64,000 nucleotides of DNA. Origin: an uncultured Planctomycetota bacterium (lineage in GTDB: Bacteria > Planctomycetota > Phycisphaerae > Tepidisphaerales > Tepidisphaeraceae). The position numbers were made by a program, and so were the translations under genes. The stretch is taken from NCBI GenBank assembly GCA_963841915.1, contig CAWJEN010000005.1, positions 736,001 to 800,000 of the forward strand, read 5' to 3'. The notes under the pieces were generated by a model, which was not told the DNA's origin, did not search any database, and saw nothing but the letters and a program-made list of their open reading frames with translations. This document shows, one piece after another, positions 18,098 through 27,212 of this stretch (its first letter is position 1; the number at the start of each line of letters is the position of its first letter).

Positions 18098-18928
18098 TCA
18101 CCGGTCCTGGCGGTTGACGAGATTCGAGTAGCCGTGTTGCTGTTCGTCGTGCTGAATAGAAGCACGCTGGGCAGAAGCGCGAGTCCAAAAAGGCCGTTCG
18201 TCTTTCGTCGACGATCCATGGCCAAGGACAGCGAGATACTGACCAACAGTGTCGGCCCAACCGTGTTCGATGGCGTCGCTCACCAGCGCGTGACCAATGC
18301 TCACCTCCGCCAGCGATGGCATCGCGGCGACGAATGCGGGCAAGTTCGCCAGATTGAGGTCGTGGCCGGCGTTGACGCCGATCTCCACATCCATTGCAGC
18401 CTCTGCCGTCCCGGAAAACCTCGGTAATGTCGTTGAATCGTTCGCGTACGACTCGGTGTACAGCTCGATTCGGTCGGTCCCACACGCTGCCATGGCAGAC
18501 GCGTCGCCGGGCACCGGGTCGACAAACACGCTGACGCGACAGCCGACATCCTTGAGCTTCGCCACAACCGGTTTGAGCCGTTCGACATCGTCGGCGACAA
18601 AGCCGTGGTCGCTCGTCGATTGATTTGGATCGTCAGGCACGAGCGTCGCTTGGTGCGGCCGAACCTTCAGCACAAGGTCAAGCCAGTCACCTTCGAACGG
18701 ATTGCCCTCGATGTTGAACTCGCGACCGTCGTACCCGGCCACAAGGTCGGCCAGTGGCTGGACATCGTCACGACGTATGTGTCGCTGATCAGGTCGCGGA
18801 TGGACGGTGATGCCGTGCGCGCCTGCTTCGAGCGCGAGGCGACTTAGCCGAACGACATCGGGCCCTTTGCCGTCTCGGCTGTTTCGGAGCAGGGCCAGCT
18901 TGTTGACGTTGACGGAGAGGCGGGGCAT
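18098..18928 (-). CDS. pdxJ: Pyridoxine 5'-phosphate synthase
   Basis: LSVNVNK.A.LRNSR, GITVHPRPDQRHIR, IELYT, NAGHDL, EVSIGHAL. Confidence 0.96.
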   Translation of the reverse strand: MPRLSVNVNKLALLRNSRDGKGPDVVRLSRLALEAGAHGITVHPRPDQRHIRRDDVQPLADLVAGYDGREFNIEGNPFEGDWLDLVLKVRPHQATLVPDDPNQSTSDHGFVADDVERLKPVVAKLKDVGCRVSVFVDPVPGDASAMAACGTDRIELYTESYANDSTTLPRFSGTAEAAMDVEIGVNAGHDLNLANLPAFVAAMPSLAEVSIGHALVSDAIEHGWADTVGQYLAVLGHGSSTKDERPFWTRASAQRASIQHDEQQHGYSNLVNRQDR

Positions 18929-18970
18929 GTGTTGTCATCTTACGGGCCTGTGTTCCGTCAAGTGACCCCT

Positions 18971-18999
18971 CGAGCCGTGGTCCGTGGGACCGCGGCTCG
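18971..18999. repeat. Single REP-like palindrome related to the arms of the 511-714 element
   Basis: cgagccgtggtcc-gtg-ggaccgcggctcg shares ggtccgtgggaccgcggctcg with 695-715. Confidence 0.8.
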
Positions 19000-19072
19000 G
19001 GGACCAACAACAACTACCCGCACGACGCAAAACACTCTGTAATACACCGCTCCGACCTGGTACGCTGACGGG

Positions 19073-19267
19073 ATGGAAACGTTCCTCCTTGCCTGCGGTG
19101 CTGGCGGCCCGTTTGCCGGGAACGAGCACAAAGTGCTGCTGTTCCTGGTCGGCCTTTCATTTGTCGTGTCGGGCGTCGCGCTGCGACTGCTCAAGCCGAG
19201 CCCGATCGCAACTCGCGGCAAGCACGCGTTTGAGGTGTTACCGCCTCAGACCTCTTCGTCGACGTAA
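19073..19267 (+). CDS. Possible small membrane protein
   Basis: 64 aa with one clear hydrophobic helix, occupying an otherwise empty gap. Overlaps the convergent gene by 22 bp. Confidence 0.35.
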   Translation: METFLLACGAGGPFAGNEHKVLLFLVGLSFVVSGVALRLLKPSPIATRGKHAFEVLPPQTSSST

Positions 19268-20508
19268 GCGACGTGCCGGACGTAGCCGCGTGGTTCGAAG
19301 CTTGCACCGAGCGCGCCGATGCCGAGCCCCAATGCTGCGACGCCCGCGGCGAGGCGCAGGTACTTGTCGACACCGGTCGGTGCTTCGACGCTGGCGGCCC
19401 AGTTCTCGACGAGCGGCGTCGGGTAGCACACCCACGCCGCGATGAGCGCGCTGACGAACAACGCTGCGTATGTCACGGTCATGCCGATCAACACCGCCAG
19501 TACGACCGCCACGTTGCCGACGGAGCGTTGCTCGCTGTGCCGGGCCGGCTTACCGCGACGCGGGCGGGCGACGAGCAACCGCTGTTTGTTCACGAGGTAG
19601 GCCGTGGCAACGACAAGCGACGCGACGCTGAGGACGACCAGCCGAAGCGGTGTCTGGCTCATGCCCGCCTCCCACGCCTCTGCCGTCATGAGCAAGATCA
19701 CCAGCGTGCTCGCCGCTGCAGTGACCAGACGCCCGAGGCGCAACGGCAGAAACCACGGCTTGGCTCGCTTCAGCAACAGCCAGACATCGTCGCGATTGTC
19801 CCACGCTGCATTGACGGCAAACCGCGACCGCGCGACATACGAGGCGTAGCGGCTCAGACCTCGCGGCGGATTCCTGTCCGGCCTTTCCTCCAGTCGCGGG
19901 TCGGCCACGTCGGCCAATTCCCGTTGCAACCGCTCGACCGTGACCGGGCCGAACGCTGTCATACGTGCGAGGTCGCCGACATCGTGCGGAGCGTGCAGGA
20001 AGTCGGTGGCGTCGTCGACATGGCCGAGGCCGACGAGGTGGCCCAGCAGGTGACAGACAAGCGCACGCACATGGTCGCCGCTCTGGGCAAGTAGGGTGCG
20101 GCGGTCTTCGGATTCGTCGTCCCAAGACTCGGGCAGGAGTCTGCCGATGGCCGCAGCGGCACACCCGATGATGGCCGACGGTGCGCCCATCGGGTGCGGC
20201 CTCTCGTAGCCACTCATCTCACCTGCCCAGATTGCAAAAGCAAAGTCGAGCCGTCTGCCCTCGCGTTCGACCAGCGCCGCATCGAGCAGCGTCACGGGTT
20301 CGGGCGTCGCCTCACCCGTAACGGCAGGCACTTCAATCAGCGGTGCGTGCCAGCTGAACTGCGGAAACTGCGAGCGAACCTGTCGAAGAAACGCCGCCCG
20401 GCCCAGCCGTGCCACACGCGCCGCCTCTGCCGAGTAGTCACCGACCAGCACCCAACCAACCTCGAGTTCCGCGGGTGCTGAGGCAGGTTGTTCGGTCGGA
20501 TCCGGCAA
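19246..20508 (-). CDS. Membrane protein with a degenerate metzincin-like domain and C-terminal TM bundle
   Basis: HLLGHLVGLGH resembles HExxHxxGxxH but lacks the Glu. About four C-terminal TM helices. Confidence 0.65.
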   Translation of the reverse strand: MPDPTEQPASAPAELEVGWVLVGDYSAEAARVARLGRAAFLRQVRSQFPQFSWHAPLIEVPAVTGEATPEPVTLLDAALVEREGRRLDFAFAIWAGEMSGYERPHPMGAPSAIIGCAAAAIGRLLPESWDDESEDRRTLLAQSGDHVRALVCHLLGHLVGLGHVDDATDFLHAPHDVGDLARMTAFGPVTVERLQRELADVADPRLEERPDRNPPRGLSRYASYVARSRFAVNAAWDNRDDVWLLLKRAKPWFLPLRLGRLVTAAASTLVILLMTAEAWEAGMSQTPLRLVVLSVASLVVATAYLVNKQRLLVARPRRGKPARHSEQRSVGNVAVVLAVLIGMTVTYAALFVSALIAAWVCYPTPLVENWAASVEAPTGVDKYLRLAAGVAALGLGIGALGASFEPRGYVRHVAYVDEEV

Positions 20509-20592
20509 GGGTTGAGCCTACTCACGTGACCTGCGGCTCGTGCATCAGAGCAATGCGCGCGTCAGCATAGCGACGGGAACTAGGGTGCGATC

Positions 20593-21615
20593 ATGCCGAT
20601 CCCGACTGAAGCTCTTGGTAACCGAAACGGCTGGATCAGTGCCAGCATCATCGGCATCATCGTGCTCGTGCTCGTCTTCCGTATCGTCGCAGAAGGCGGC
20701 GCTACTGCACCGACTGCCATTGGTAATGATTCGACACGCTGGGACGCTTTCGAGCTTCCGCCCGAAGTCACAGCGGTCGCGACGACCGGTGACGGCGACG
20801 CGTACCGGCGGCTCATTGATACGCTTCTGCGTGATTCGGAGGTGCGGCGAGAACTCACCACGTTCGTCGACCGTCGCTCCGGTCAGGATGTGGCCGATGA
20901 CCTTCGCCTCGTGGATCAGCTCATCACGGCCAATCGCAGAGGCAACGCGAACATCTTTGCGCAGTCGCCGCTGCAACTCATTAATCACGAGCGGACGTTG
21001 CCGGAGATGGAAGCGATTCAAGTCGTCGGCAAGGCCGCCAATGCGCAGGCGTCCGCGTTGGCAGGCCGTGCCGTCCGAGCGGGCGGCGGTGAAGAGGACC
21101 TGGAGCGGGCACGCCGTCTGCACGAGGCGTCGCTGACGCTGGGCCTGACGCTCGCTCAGGAACGGCTGGTTTTCCGCGAGTTTCAGGTCGGCTACACGCT
21201 CATGGGCGATGCATTGTCCGGACTGACGGCCATTGCACGGGTCACAGGCGACGAAGCCGAAGCGAAAAAGTATGCCGCCGCTGCGGGTGCTTTGTCGAAG
21301 TTCATTCGCGACGAGGTCACGCCCGTGACCGTCGTCTTTGCCCCCGACACCACGCTGGAGACGGATACGCGAGCCCGGACACACGCCGGTGACGTTGCCG
21401 CCATCGCACGCGAGGAGACGGCAGATCCGATGTGGCGCACGACGGCTGTGCTGCGGCTGGGGCCGATGCGGTTCACCGCGCCGAATCGTGCCGACCGCAG
21501 GCGGGCCGAGCGGGTCGTGAAGGATCTGGCAGACGCCGCAGACGCCGCGTGGGTCCAGCAGGCGGCACGGGCGTCGCTCGACCTCGAAGCCGCCGAAGCG
21601 GCTCGAGCGCGGTGA
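20593..21615 (+). CDS. Hypothetical membrane-anchored alpha-helical protein
   Basis: N-terminal TM helix and Ala-rich helical body; fills the gap between neighbours. Confidence 0.65.
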   Translation: MPIPTEALGNRNGWISASIIGIIVLVLVFRIVAEGGATAPTAIGNDSTRWDAFELPPEVTAVATTGDGDAYRRLIDTLLRDSEVRRELTTFVDRRSGQDVADDLRLVDQLITANRRGNANIFAQSPLQLINHERTLPEMEAIQVVGKAANAQASALAGRAVRAGGGEEDLERARRLHEASLTLGLTLAQERLVFREFQVGYTLMGDALSGLTAIARVTGDEAEAKKYAAAAGALSKFIRDEVTPVTVVFAPDTTLETDTRARTHAGDVAAIAREETADPMWRTTAVLRLGPMRFTAPNRADRRRAERVVKDLADAADAAWVQQAARASLDLEAAEAARAR

Positions 21616-21650
21616 CGATGCGCCTGCACGGCTCGGGGACACTGAACGAG

Positions 21651-22037
21651 TTAGAAGCACTCGCGGCCGTCGTCGTCGTACCAGCGGCCGCGTTTGAGCG
21701 CCAGCTTCCGCACGCCGCACCCGCGACACGCGGCCAGCACCTGAGCCTCCAACCCCGCCAGCATGAGCTGTCGCAGCTGGAACAGATGCGGCGCGCTGTC
21801 GACCACAATGGTCAATCGGCCACGCACCAGCGACTCGACGCACGTCCGCGCCTGAAGCGACTCGGGCACCGTGTTGGCCCACGCCTCTGCGGCCCGGCCG
21901 ACCTGGGTCTGCCGCTTCTCGACTTGGCCGTGGAACAGCGCCGCCACCGACTCGCCCAAGGCTGAGCCGACCGTGTGACTGCGACGCTTGGCGGCGTCGA
22001 GTCGGCGAAGGAGGCTTTCGTCTTGGTCGCTCGACAT
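21651..22037 (-). CDS. dciA: DciA/DUF721-family helicase-loader protein
   Basis: W...VP..L...T.V..L.RGRLTIVVDS....FQL pattern; directly downstream of dnaN. Confidence 0.75.
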   Translation of the reverse strand: MSSDQDESLLRRLDAAKRRSHTVGSALGESVAALFHGQVEKRQTQVGRAAEAWANTVPESLQARTCVESLVRGRLTIVVDSAPHLFQLRQLMLAGLEAQVLAACRGCGVRKLALKRGRWYDDDGRECF

Positions 22038-22049
22038 GACGCGAAGGCT

Positions 22050-23162
22050 CTACTGCAGGTTCACAGGCATCACGACGTACTGGAAGTCGTCACCGCCTTT
22101 AAGCAAGCCCGGACGGTTCGTGCCGCTGAGCTCGAGGCGAATCTCGTCAGAATGAACCGCCTTGAGGCCCTCGACGAGGTACTGCGGGTTGAAGCCGATT
22201 TCCAGCGGCTCGCCTTCGTACTTGCAGGCGAAGTTGACTTCCGCGTCGCCGGCCTCTGGGCTGCGGCTGGTGAGCTTCAAGCCGTCGGCGCTGAAGTGCA
22301 GGCGAACACCCTTGGACTCTTCGGTCGTTAACAAGCTCGCCCGGCGGACCGCACTCATGAAGTCGCCACACGCAGCCGTCATGGCCTTGTCGTTGTCCTT
22401 AGGGATAACATCATCGAACGGCGGGAATTGGCCTTCGACAAGGTTCGTCGTCAGCGTCGCGCTGGCGGTAGAGACGATGACCTGGTTCGGCCGCAGTTGG
22501 ATCTTGACGAGTTCCTCGGGATCCCCGACGAGCTTCTCAACGAGGCCGAGGGCTTTAGTTGGGATGATGGCGCGGGGTGCCTTCTTGGGATCTTCGATCG
22601 TCATGTGGACGGTCGCATCGCCGACAGCTTGGGCGAGTCGACGCCCGTCGGTGGAGACCATCATGAGTCGGCCGTCGCGCACTGTGGTGAGCACGCCGTT
22701 GAAGGCATATCGGGTGCCTTCGCGCGCCGCGGCGAAGATCGTGCGGCCTATGAGACCCTTGAGCATCGCACCCGGCACTTCGACATCGGCCTCACCCTCG
22801 AAGGCGGCCACCGGTGGGAAGTCGGCGACGGCCTGCGTGTAGACGGTGAAACGAGAGTCTCCACCCTTGATGATGGCTTGCTCGCCCTTGAGCTCGATCG
22901 ACAGCGTGTCGTCGACGCTCTCGCGGACGATGTCACGCAGCTTGTCGGCGGGCAGCAGGGCCTCGCCCTCCTGCTCGACCTGCACCTGGGCATCGGTGTA
23001 GCGGACGGCAATTTCCATATCCGTCGCCGCCAGCACGAGCGTGTCGTCTTTGGCGACAAGCTTGACGCAAGAGAGAACGGGTTTGGGCGAGCGGGCGGGC
23101 ACGGCTTGGCCGACGACTCCGAGAGCTTCGACGAGCGCGCCGCGATTGCAGATGACCTTCAT
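22050..23162 (-). CDS. dnaN: DNA polymerase III beta sliding clamp
   Basis: KPVLS, ATDMEI, STDGRRLA, LVEGQFPPFDDVIP, IGFNPQYL, YVVMPV. 370 aa from ATG 23162. Confidence 0.97.
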   Translation of the reverse strand: MKVICNRGALVEALGVVGQAVPARSPKPVLSCVKLVAKDDTLVLAATDMEIAVRYTDAQVQVEQEGEALLPADKLRDIVRESVDDTLSIELKGEQAIIKGGDSRFTVYTQAVADFPPVAAFEGEADVEVPGAMLKGLIGRTIFAAAREGTRYAFNGVLTTVRDGRLMMVSTDGRRLAQAVGDATVHMTIEDPKKAPRAIIPTKALGLVEKLVGDPEELVKIQLRPNQVIVSTASATLTTNLVEGQFPPFDDVIPKDNDKAMTAACGDFMSAVRRASLLTTEESKGVRLHFSADGLKLTSRSPEAGDAEVNFACKYEGEPLEIGFNPQYLVEGLKAVHSDEIRLELSGTNRPGLLKGGDDFQYVVMPVNLQ

Positions 23163-23796
23163 GGCAGATTCTAAGAAACGTTGGTGTCGTGGTTCAGTGC
23201 GGGTCGGCCCACAGCCGATGGTGTCCGCAGGCAGGTGCGTCGAGCCACTATACGGGAAGTTCTCCGCCCGTGCCGACCGACCCGCCGGTCGACCGGGGCC
23301 AATAACCTGGCGACGGTGCATGGCTCGGCGTTGGGATCTGAGGGCGGCTTCTCTGGAACCCTTAAGAACCGTCTTACCCCGATGATGGTGCTGGCGCGCT
23401 GTGTGGACGGCCCGGCGGATACACGCTGTAAGGCGTGCAGCTCTTATGACTTGAGTGGCTTTAAGTGGCTCTTTGTGGCAGTGGATTCGCTGTCGTGACG
23501 AGGCGCGCCACCTGGCGCGCCGCGGTCGATGGCGCGCCATGGGCATCGTTCGAGGGCCTCTCTGTAGCGTCGCGCCGTCGCCGACCGGGGACAAGCCACA
23601 GCCGGCGCGACAGTGGCGCGCCACCTGTTCCACGGCTCCCACACACGCGCTGGCGCGCCAAACGGAAAATCCTGACAATCTGCGAGTTGTCAGCTTCTCC
23701 ACGGTTCCGGTCAGTTACCAAAGCAACAACCCCGAGCTGCGGTCCGGGGGACCTTGGCTCGGGGCGGATGGCGTGCTGGAATCGTAGGATGTCGAT
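23163..23796. other. Long motif-rich intergenic region upstream of dnaN (candidate oriC or regulatory region)
   Basis: No credible ORF. Five GGCGCGCC palindromes and an imperfect 10-bp triple repeat at 23451-23480. Confidence 0.4.
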
Positions 23797-24180
23797 GTGC
23801 TTGTTCTTGCCCGCTACCTCTGGGCGGCCCCGACGACAGCCATCGGACTCATGGTCGCCGTCATGACCCTCGTCACTGGCGGGCGCGTGCGGCACCACAG
23901 CGGCGTCGTCGAAGTCGAAGGCGGCGCTGCAACGTGGTTGCTGCAAGGCGTCAATGCCGTCGCGATGACGCTGGGCCACGTCGTCTTGGCGGTCGACGTC
24001 CGCGCGCACGACCGGTCGCGGGAGCACGAACGGGTCCACGTGCGGCAGGTCGAACGGTGGGGTCCGCTGTTCCTGCCGGCCTACGGGATCGCCACCGTCA
24101 TCGCGTGGTGGCGCGGCGGGCACTACTACTACGACAACCGCTTTGAACGCGAGGCCTACGGGCATCACCACTACCACTGA
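23797..24180 (+). CDS. Small hypothetical protein with a zincin-like HExxH motif
   Basis: AMTLGHVVL...EHERVHVRQ.ERWGPLF...Y.DNRFEREAY. Confidence 0.75.
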   Translation: MLVLARYLWAAPTTAIGLMVAVMTLVTGGRVRHHSGVVEVEGGAATWLLQGVNAVAMTLGHVVLAVDVRAHDRSREHERVHVRQVERWGPLFLPAYGIATVIAWWRGGHYYYDNRFEREAYGHHHYH

Positions 24181-24199
24181 GGCGGCACTACCTTCTGAC

Positions 24200-26635
24200 G
24201 TGGTTCCCCTGCCGATCGATGAGCACTTGCCGGCGGTGACGGAAGCGTTGGCGGACGGGCGGGATGTGGTGTTGGTGGCTGAGCCCGGCGCCGGTAAGAC
24301 GACGCGGCTGCCACCGGCCGTGTTGCGGGCGGGGCTGCTCGATACCGGTAACCTCGTCATGCTCCAGCCGCGGCGGGTGGCGGCTCGGCTGGCGGCTGAC
24401 CGCATCGCACGCGAGAACGACTGGCAGCTCGGTCGCGAGGTCGGTTATCAGGTTCGATTCGAGCGTGTGCTCCAGGACGACACGCCACTGCGCGTCGTCA
24501 CAGAAGGTGTGCTGGCCCGACGGATCGTCGATGACCCGGCCCTCGAAGGCGTGAGCTGTGTCGTGCTGGACGAATTTCACGAGCGCAGCCTCGATGCCGA
24601 TCTGTGTCTGGCGATGCTGGCTGAGGCGCGGGCGCTGCGAGACGACCTGAGGATTGTTGTCATGAGCGCGACGCTCGACGCGGGGCAATTGGCTCGCTTC
24701 TTGGGCGACGGCGCGGCGACGTTCAGCGTGCTGGGGCGGGCGTATCCGGTCGACGTCACCTACGCCGGAGACGATCCGACGCGGCCGATCGAGGTGCGAG
24801 TGGCGCGGGTGCTGCGGGATCGGCTGGAGTCGGCGACGGGCGATGTGCTCGTTTTTTTACCCGGTGTGCGTGAGATCGAGGCGACACTGGACGAGATCGG
24901 GCCGATGTGCGGGCGCGCGGGATATGACGTGCTGCCGTTGCACGGATCGCTGACCAAGGGCGAGCAGGACGAGGCCGTTCGCGGTGACGCCGATCGGCCG
25001 CGGGTGATTTGCGCGACCAACATTGCCGAGACATCGATCACGCTGCCGCGGGTGAAGGTTGTGATCGACAGCGGCTTGGTGCGGCGGGCCGGCCACGATG
25101 CGCAGCGCGGCGTCGACACGCTCGACACGGTCCGCATCAGCCGTGCGTCTGCAGAGCAACGTGCCGGACGGGCGGGACGCGTGGCGGCGGGTGCGTGCAT
25201 TCGGCTCTGGTCGGCTATGACGCACAAGACGCTGCGCGCCTACGACGAGCCGGAGGTGCGGCGAAGCGACGTCTCCCGCGCGTCGCTGAGCGTGCTGGCT
25301 TGGGGCGGTGACCCGCAGACCTTTGCCTGGTTCGAGCGACCCGACGACGCGCGACTCGCGGCGGCGACGAAGCTGCTGGCGTGGCTGAAACTCGCCGACA
25401 ACGGCAGGATCTTGCCGCTGGGACGCGAGGTGCAGCGCTTGCCCCTTCCGGCGCGGGCGGCGACGCTGATCGCGCTGGCGCCGGACCACCTGCGGCGCGA
25501 TGCCATTACGCTGGCAGCGTTGCTGGGCGAAGGGGCCGACGTGCCGGGCAGGCGGACGGCGACAGTCCACGATCTTCTGGTGGCGTATGAAGGACGCAAG
25601 CTCGACGCCACCGTCGACCGAGGGGCGCGACGGGTGATCGAGTCGTTGTCGAGGCTGAGGCCACGCACGCCCGCAGCCGACGTCGAATCGATCGAGAGTC
25701 TGTTACTGCTCGCTTTTGCCGACCGTGTGTGCCGTCGGCGGTCGGCCGACAGTGCGACAATGGTCGACGGTGGCGGCATTCGCCTCGCCGACCCGTCGGC
25801 GGTGCGCGGCGACTGGTTCCTGGCCCTCGACGCCCGCCGCGGCGGATTTGCCAAGGCTCAGCAGGCCGACGTGCGACTCGTTGCCGAGGTCGAAGAAGAT
25901 TGGCTCGATGCGACGAGCGAAGTCACGGCAGAATGGACCGGCGATCGCGTCGTGGGCATTCGTCGCAAGCGGTACGGCGACCTTGTCATGGACGAACAAC
26001 GCGGCGCGCCCGTGCCCCGCGATGTTGCGGCTGCAGCAATGAAAGAAGCGCTCCTGCCACAAGCCGAGGCTGTGTTGGCCAAGGCAACGGGTGACGATCT
26101 GGCCGGGCGCGTCGCGTTTCTTCGGGCGAACCTGCCCGGCCACCTCATGCCTGATGGCGATGCGCCGGGCCCGATGGCTCTCGTGGCAGATGCTTGTGAG
26201 GCATCAACCAAGCCGACGCTGGCGGGCGTGGCAGAGGCGATTCGGGCGAGCATCGACGGCTGGTTGTGGTCGAGCGGCTGGCGGCGGTTGCTCGACGAGC
26301 ACGCACCGACGCATGTCGAGGTGCCGACCGGCAGCCGTATCAGGCTCGACTGGTCAGAGCCGGTGCCAAGCCTGTCGGTCAGGCTGCAAGAGCTGTTCGG
26401 CTTGAAGGCCACGCCGCGCCTGGCGGGTGGTCGGGTAGCGGTCATGTTGCACCTGCTGGCGCCGAACATGAGGCCGCAGCAGACGACGGACGATTTGGCC
26501 AGTTTCTGGGCCAACACGTATCCGCAGGTCCGTAAAGATTTACGGGCCAGGTATCCGAAGCACTCGTGGCCGGATGACCCGCTCGCTGCCCCGCCGGTGC
26601 GTGGAACGGGTCGGCGTCGTCGCGCGGAGGGCTGA
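24200..26635 (+). CDS. hrpB: ATP-dependent RNA helicase HrpB
   Basis: AEPGAGKTT, DEFHERS, MSATL, ATNIAETSIT, QRAGRAGR, and C-terminal LQELFG...SFWANTYPQVRKDLRARYPKHSWP. Confidence 0.95.
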   Translation: MVPLPIDEHLPAVTEALADGRDVVLVAEPGAGKTTRLPPAVLRAGLLDTGNLVMLQPRRVAARLAADRIARENDWQLGREVGYQVRFERVLQDDTPLRVVTEGVLARRIVDDPALEGVSCVVLDEFHERSLDADLCLAMLAEARALRDDLRIVVMSATLDAGQLARFLGDGAATFSVLGRAYPVDVTYAGDDPTRPIEVRVARVLRDRLESATGDVLVFLPGVREIEATLDEIGPMCGRAGYDVLPLHGSLTKGEQDEAVRGDADRPRVICATNIAETSITLPRVKVVIDSGLVRRAGHDAQRGVDTLDTVRISRASAEQRAGRAGRVAAGACIRLWSAMTHKTLRAYDEPEVRRSDVSRASLSVLAWGGDPQTFAWFERPDDARLAAATKLLAWLKLADNGRILPLGREVQRLPLPARAATLIALAPDHLRRDAITLAALLGEGADVPGRRTATVHDLLVAYEGRKLDATVDRGARRVIESLSRLRPRTPAADVESIESLLLLAFADRVCRRRSADSATMVDGGGIRLADPSAVRGDWFLALDARRGGFAKAQQADVRLVAEVEEDWLDATSEVTAEWTGDRVVGIRRKRYGDLVMDEQRGAPVPRDVAAAAMKEALLPQAEAVLAKATGDDLAGRVAFLRANLPGHLMPDGDAPGPMALVADACEASTKPTLAGVAEAIRASIDGWLWSSGWRRLLDEHAPTHVEVPTGSRIRLDWSEPVPSLSVRLQELFGLKATPRLAGGRVAVMLHLLAPNMRPQQTTDDLASFWANTYPQVRKDLRARYPKHSWPDDPLAAPPVRGTGRRRRAEG

Positions 26636-26754
26636 GAACCTTCTCCACGACGGATTCACGGCTTGACCGGTCTCGGCCGGGCCGTTCTAATCCGCGCGCA
26701 CGGGTTACCGCTGCCGGTGACCGCTCGCCGCGTTCCTCGCCCTTGGAGATAGCC

Positions 26755-27117
26755 GTGACCGATTTCATGACCGAGCCGATGAACCTGACGGAACTCAAGC
26801 CGATGCATGATGCCGCCCCCGCCGAGCTGGCAGAGCGTCCGGTCGACTTCGTGCTGCCGTGCGACATCCTGACGACGATGGTTCCGGGCGTTTTGGTCGG
26901 TGGCGTGTTGTTCCTCGAGACCGAGTCGCCGCTCGACTCCCTGGAGGTGGAGGCGTCGTTTGATCCTGACTTTGATGATGAAGACGAGGACGACGAAGAC
27001 GAAGACGAAGATGACGAGGCCTTGGACGACGAAGAAGAGGAAGACGAGTTCGACGACGATGATGAGGACGACGAAGACGACTTCGATGAGTTCGACGACG
27101 AAGATGACGACGACTGA
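26755..27117 (+). CDS. Hypothetical protein with an extremely acidic D/E tail
   Basis: About 50 C-terminal residues are nearly all D/E, encoded by mixed codons. Start uncertain (26743, 26755 or 26767). Confidence 0.6.
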   Translation: MTDFMTEPMNLTELKPMHDAAPAELAERPVDFVLPCDILTTMVPGVLVGGVLFLETESPLDSLEVEASFDPDFDDEDEDDEDEDEDDEALDDEEEEDEFDDDDEDDEDDFDEFDDEDDDD

Positions 27118-27145
27118 TCAAGCGACGCGCGACCGTTGATTGGGT

Positions 27146-27170
27146 GGCCCGACCAGGGGATGGTCGGGCC
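27146..27170. terminator. Hairpin between convergent genes
   Basis: ggcccgacca-gggga-tggtcgggcc, a 10-bp perfect stem. Confidence 0.55.
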
Positions 27171-27212
27171 GCTGTTACGCTCGGGCTCGGGCCGCTCTTA
27201 CGCTCGGGCTCG
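27164..27212. repeat. 23-bp-period tandem duplication spanning a stop codon
   Basis: tcgggccgct(g/c)ttacgctcgggc occurs twice and contains the TAA at 27198-27200. Confidence 0.88.

Noticed and set aside
18098..18220. C-terminal extension of about 40 aa on PdxJ
   Set aside because: It most likely reflects stop-codon drift in GC-rich DNA and has no motif.
20481..20494. 14-bp match (aggcaggttgttcg) to the 21-bp tandem repeat unit
   Set aside because: A single short match within a coding N-terminus with no flanking similarity. It cannot be distinguished from chance.
23163..23702. 180-aa N-terminal extension of DnaN from the ORF track, and similar extensions on FliC, UvrC, PgsA, GlcE and the GNAT gene
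   Set aside because: The extensions are R/P-rich and non-protein-like. Homology begins at internal start codons.
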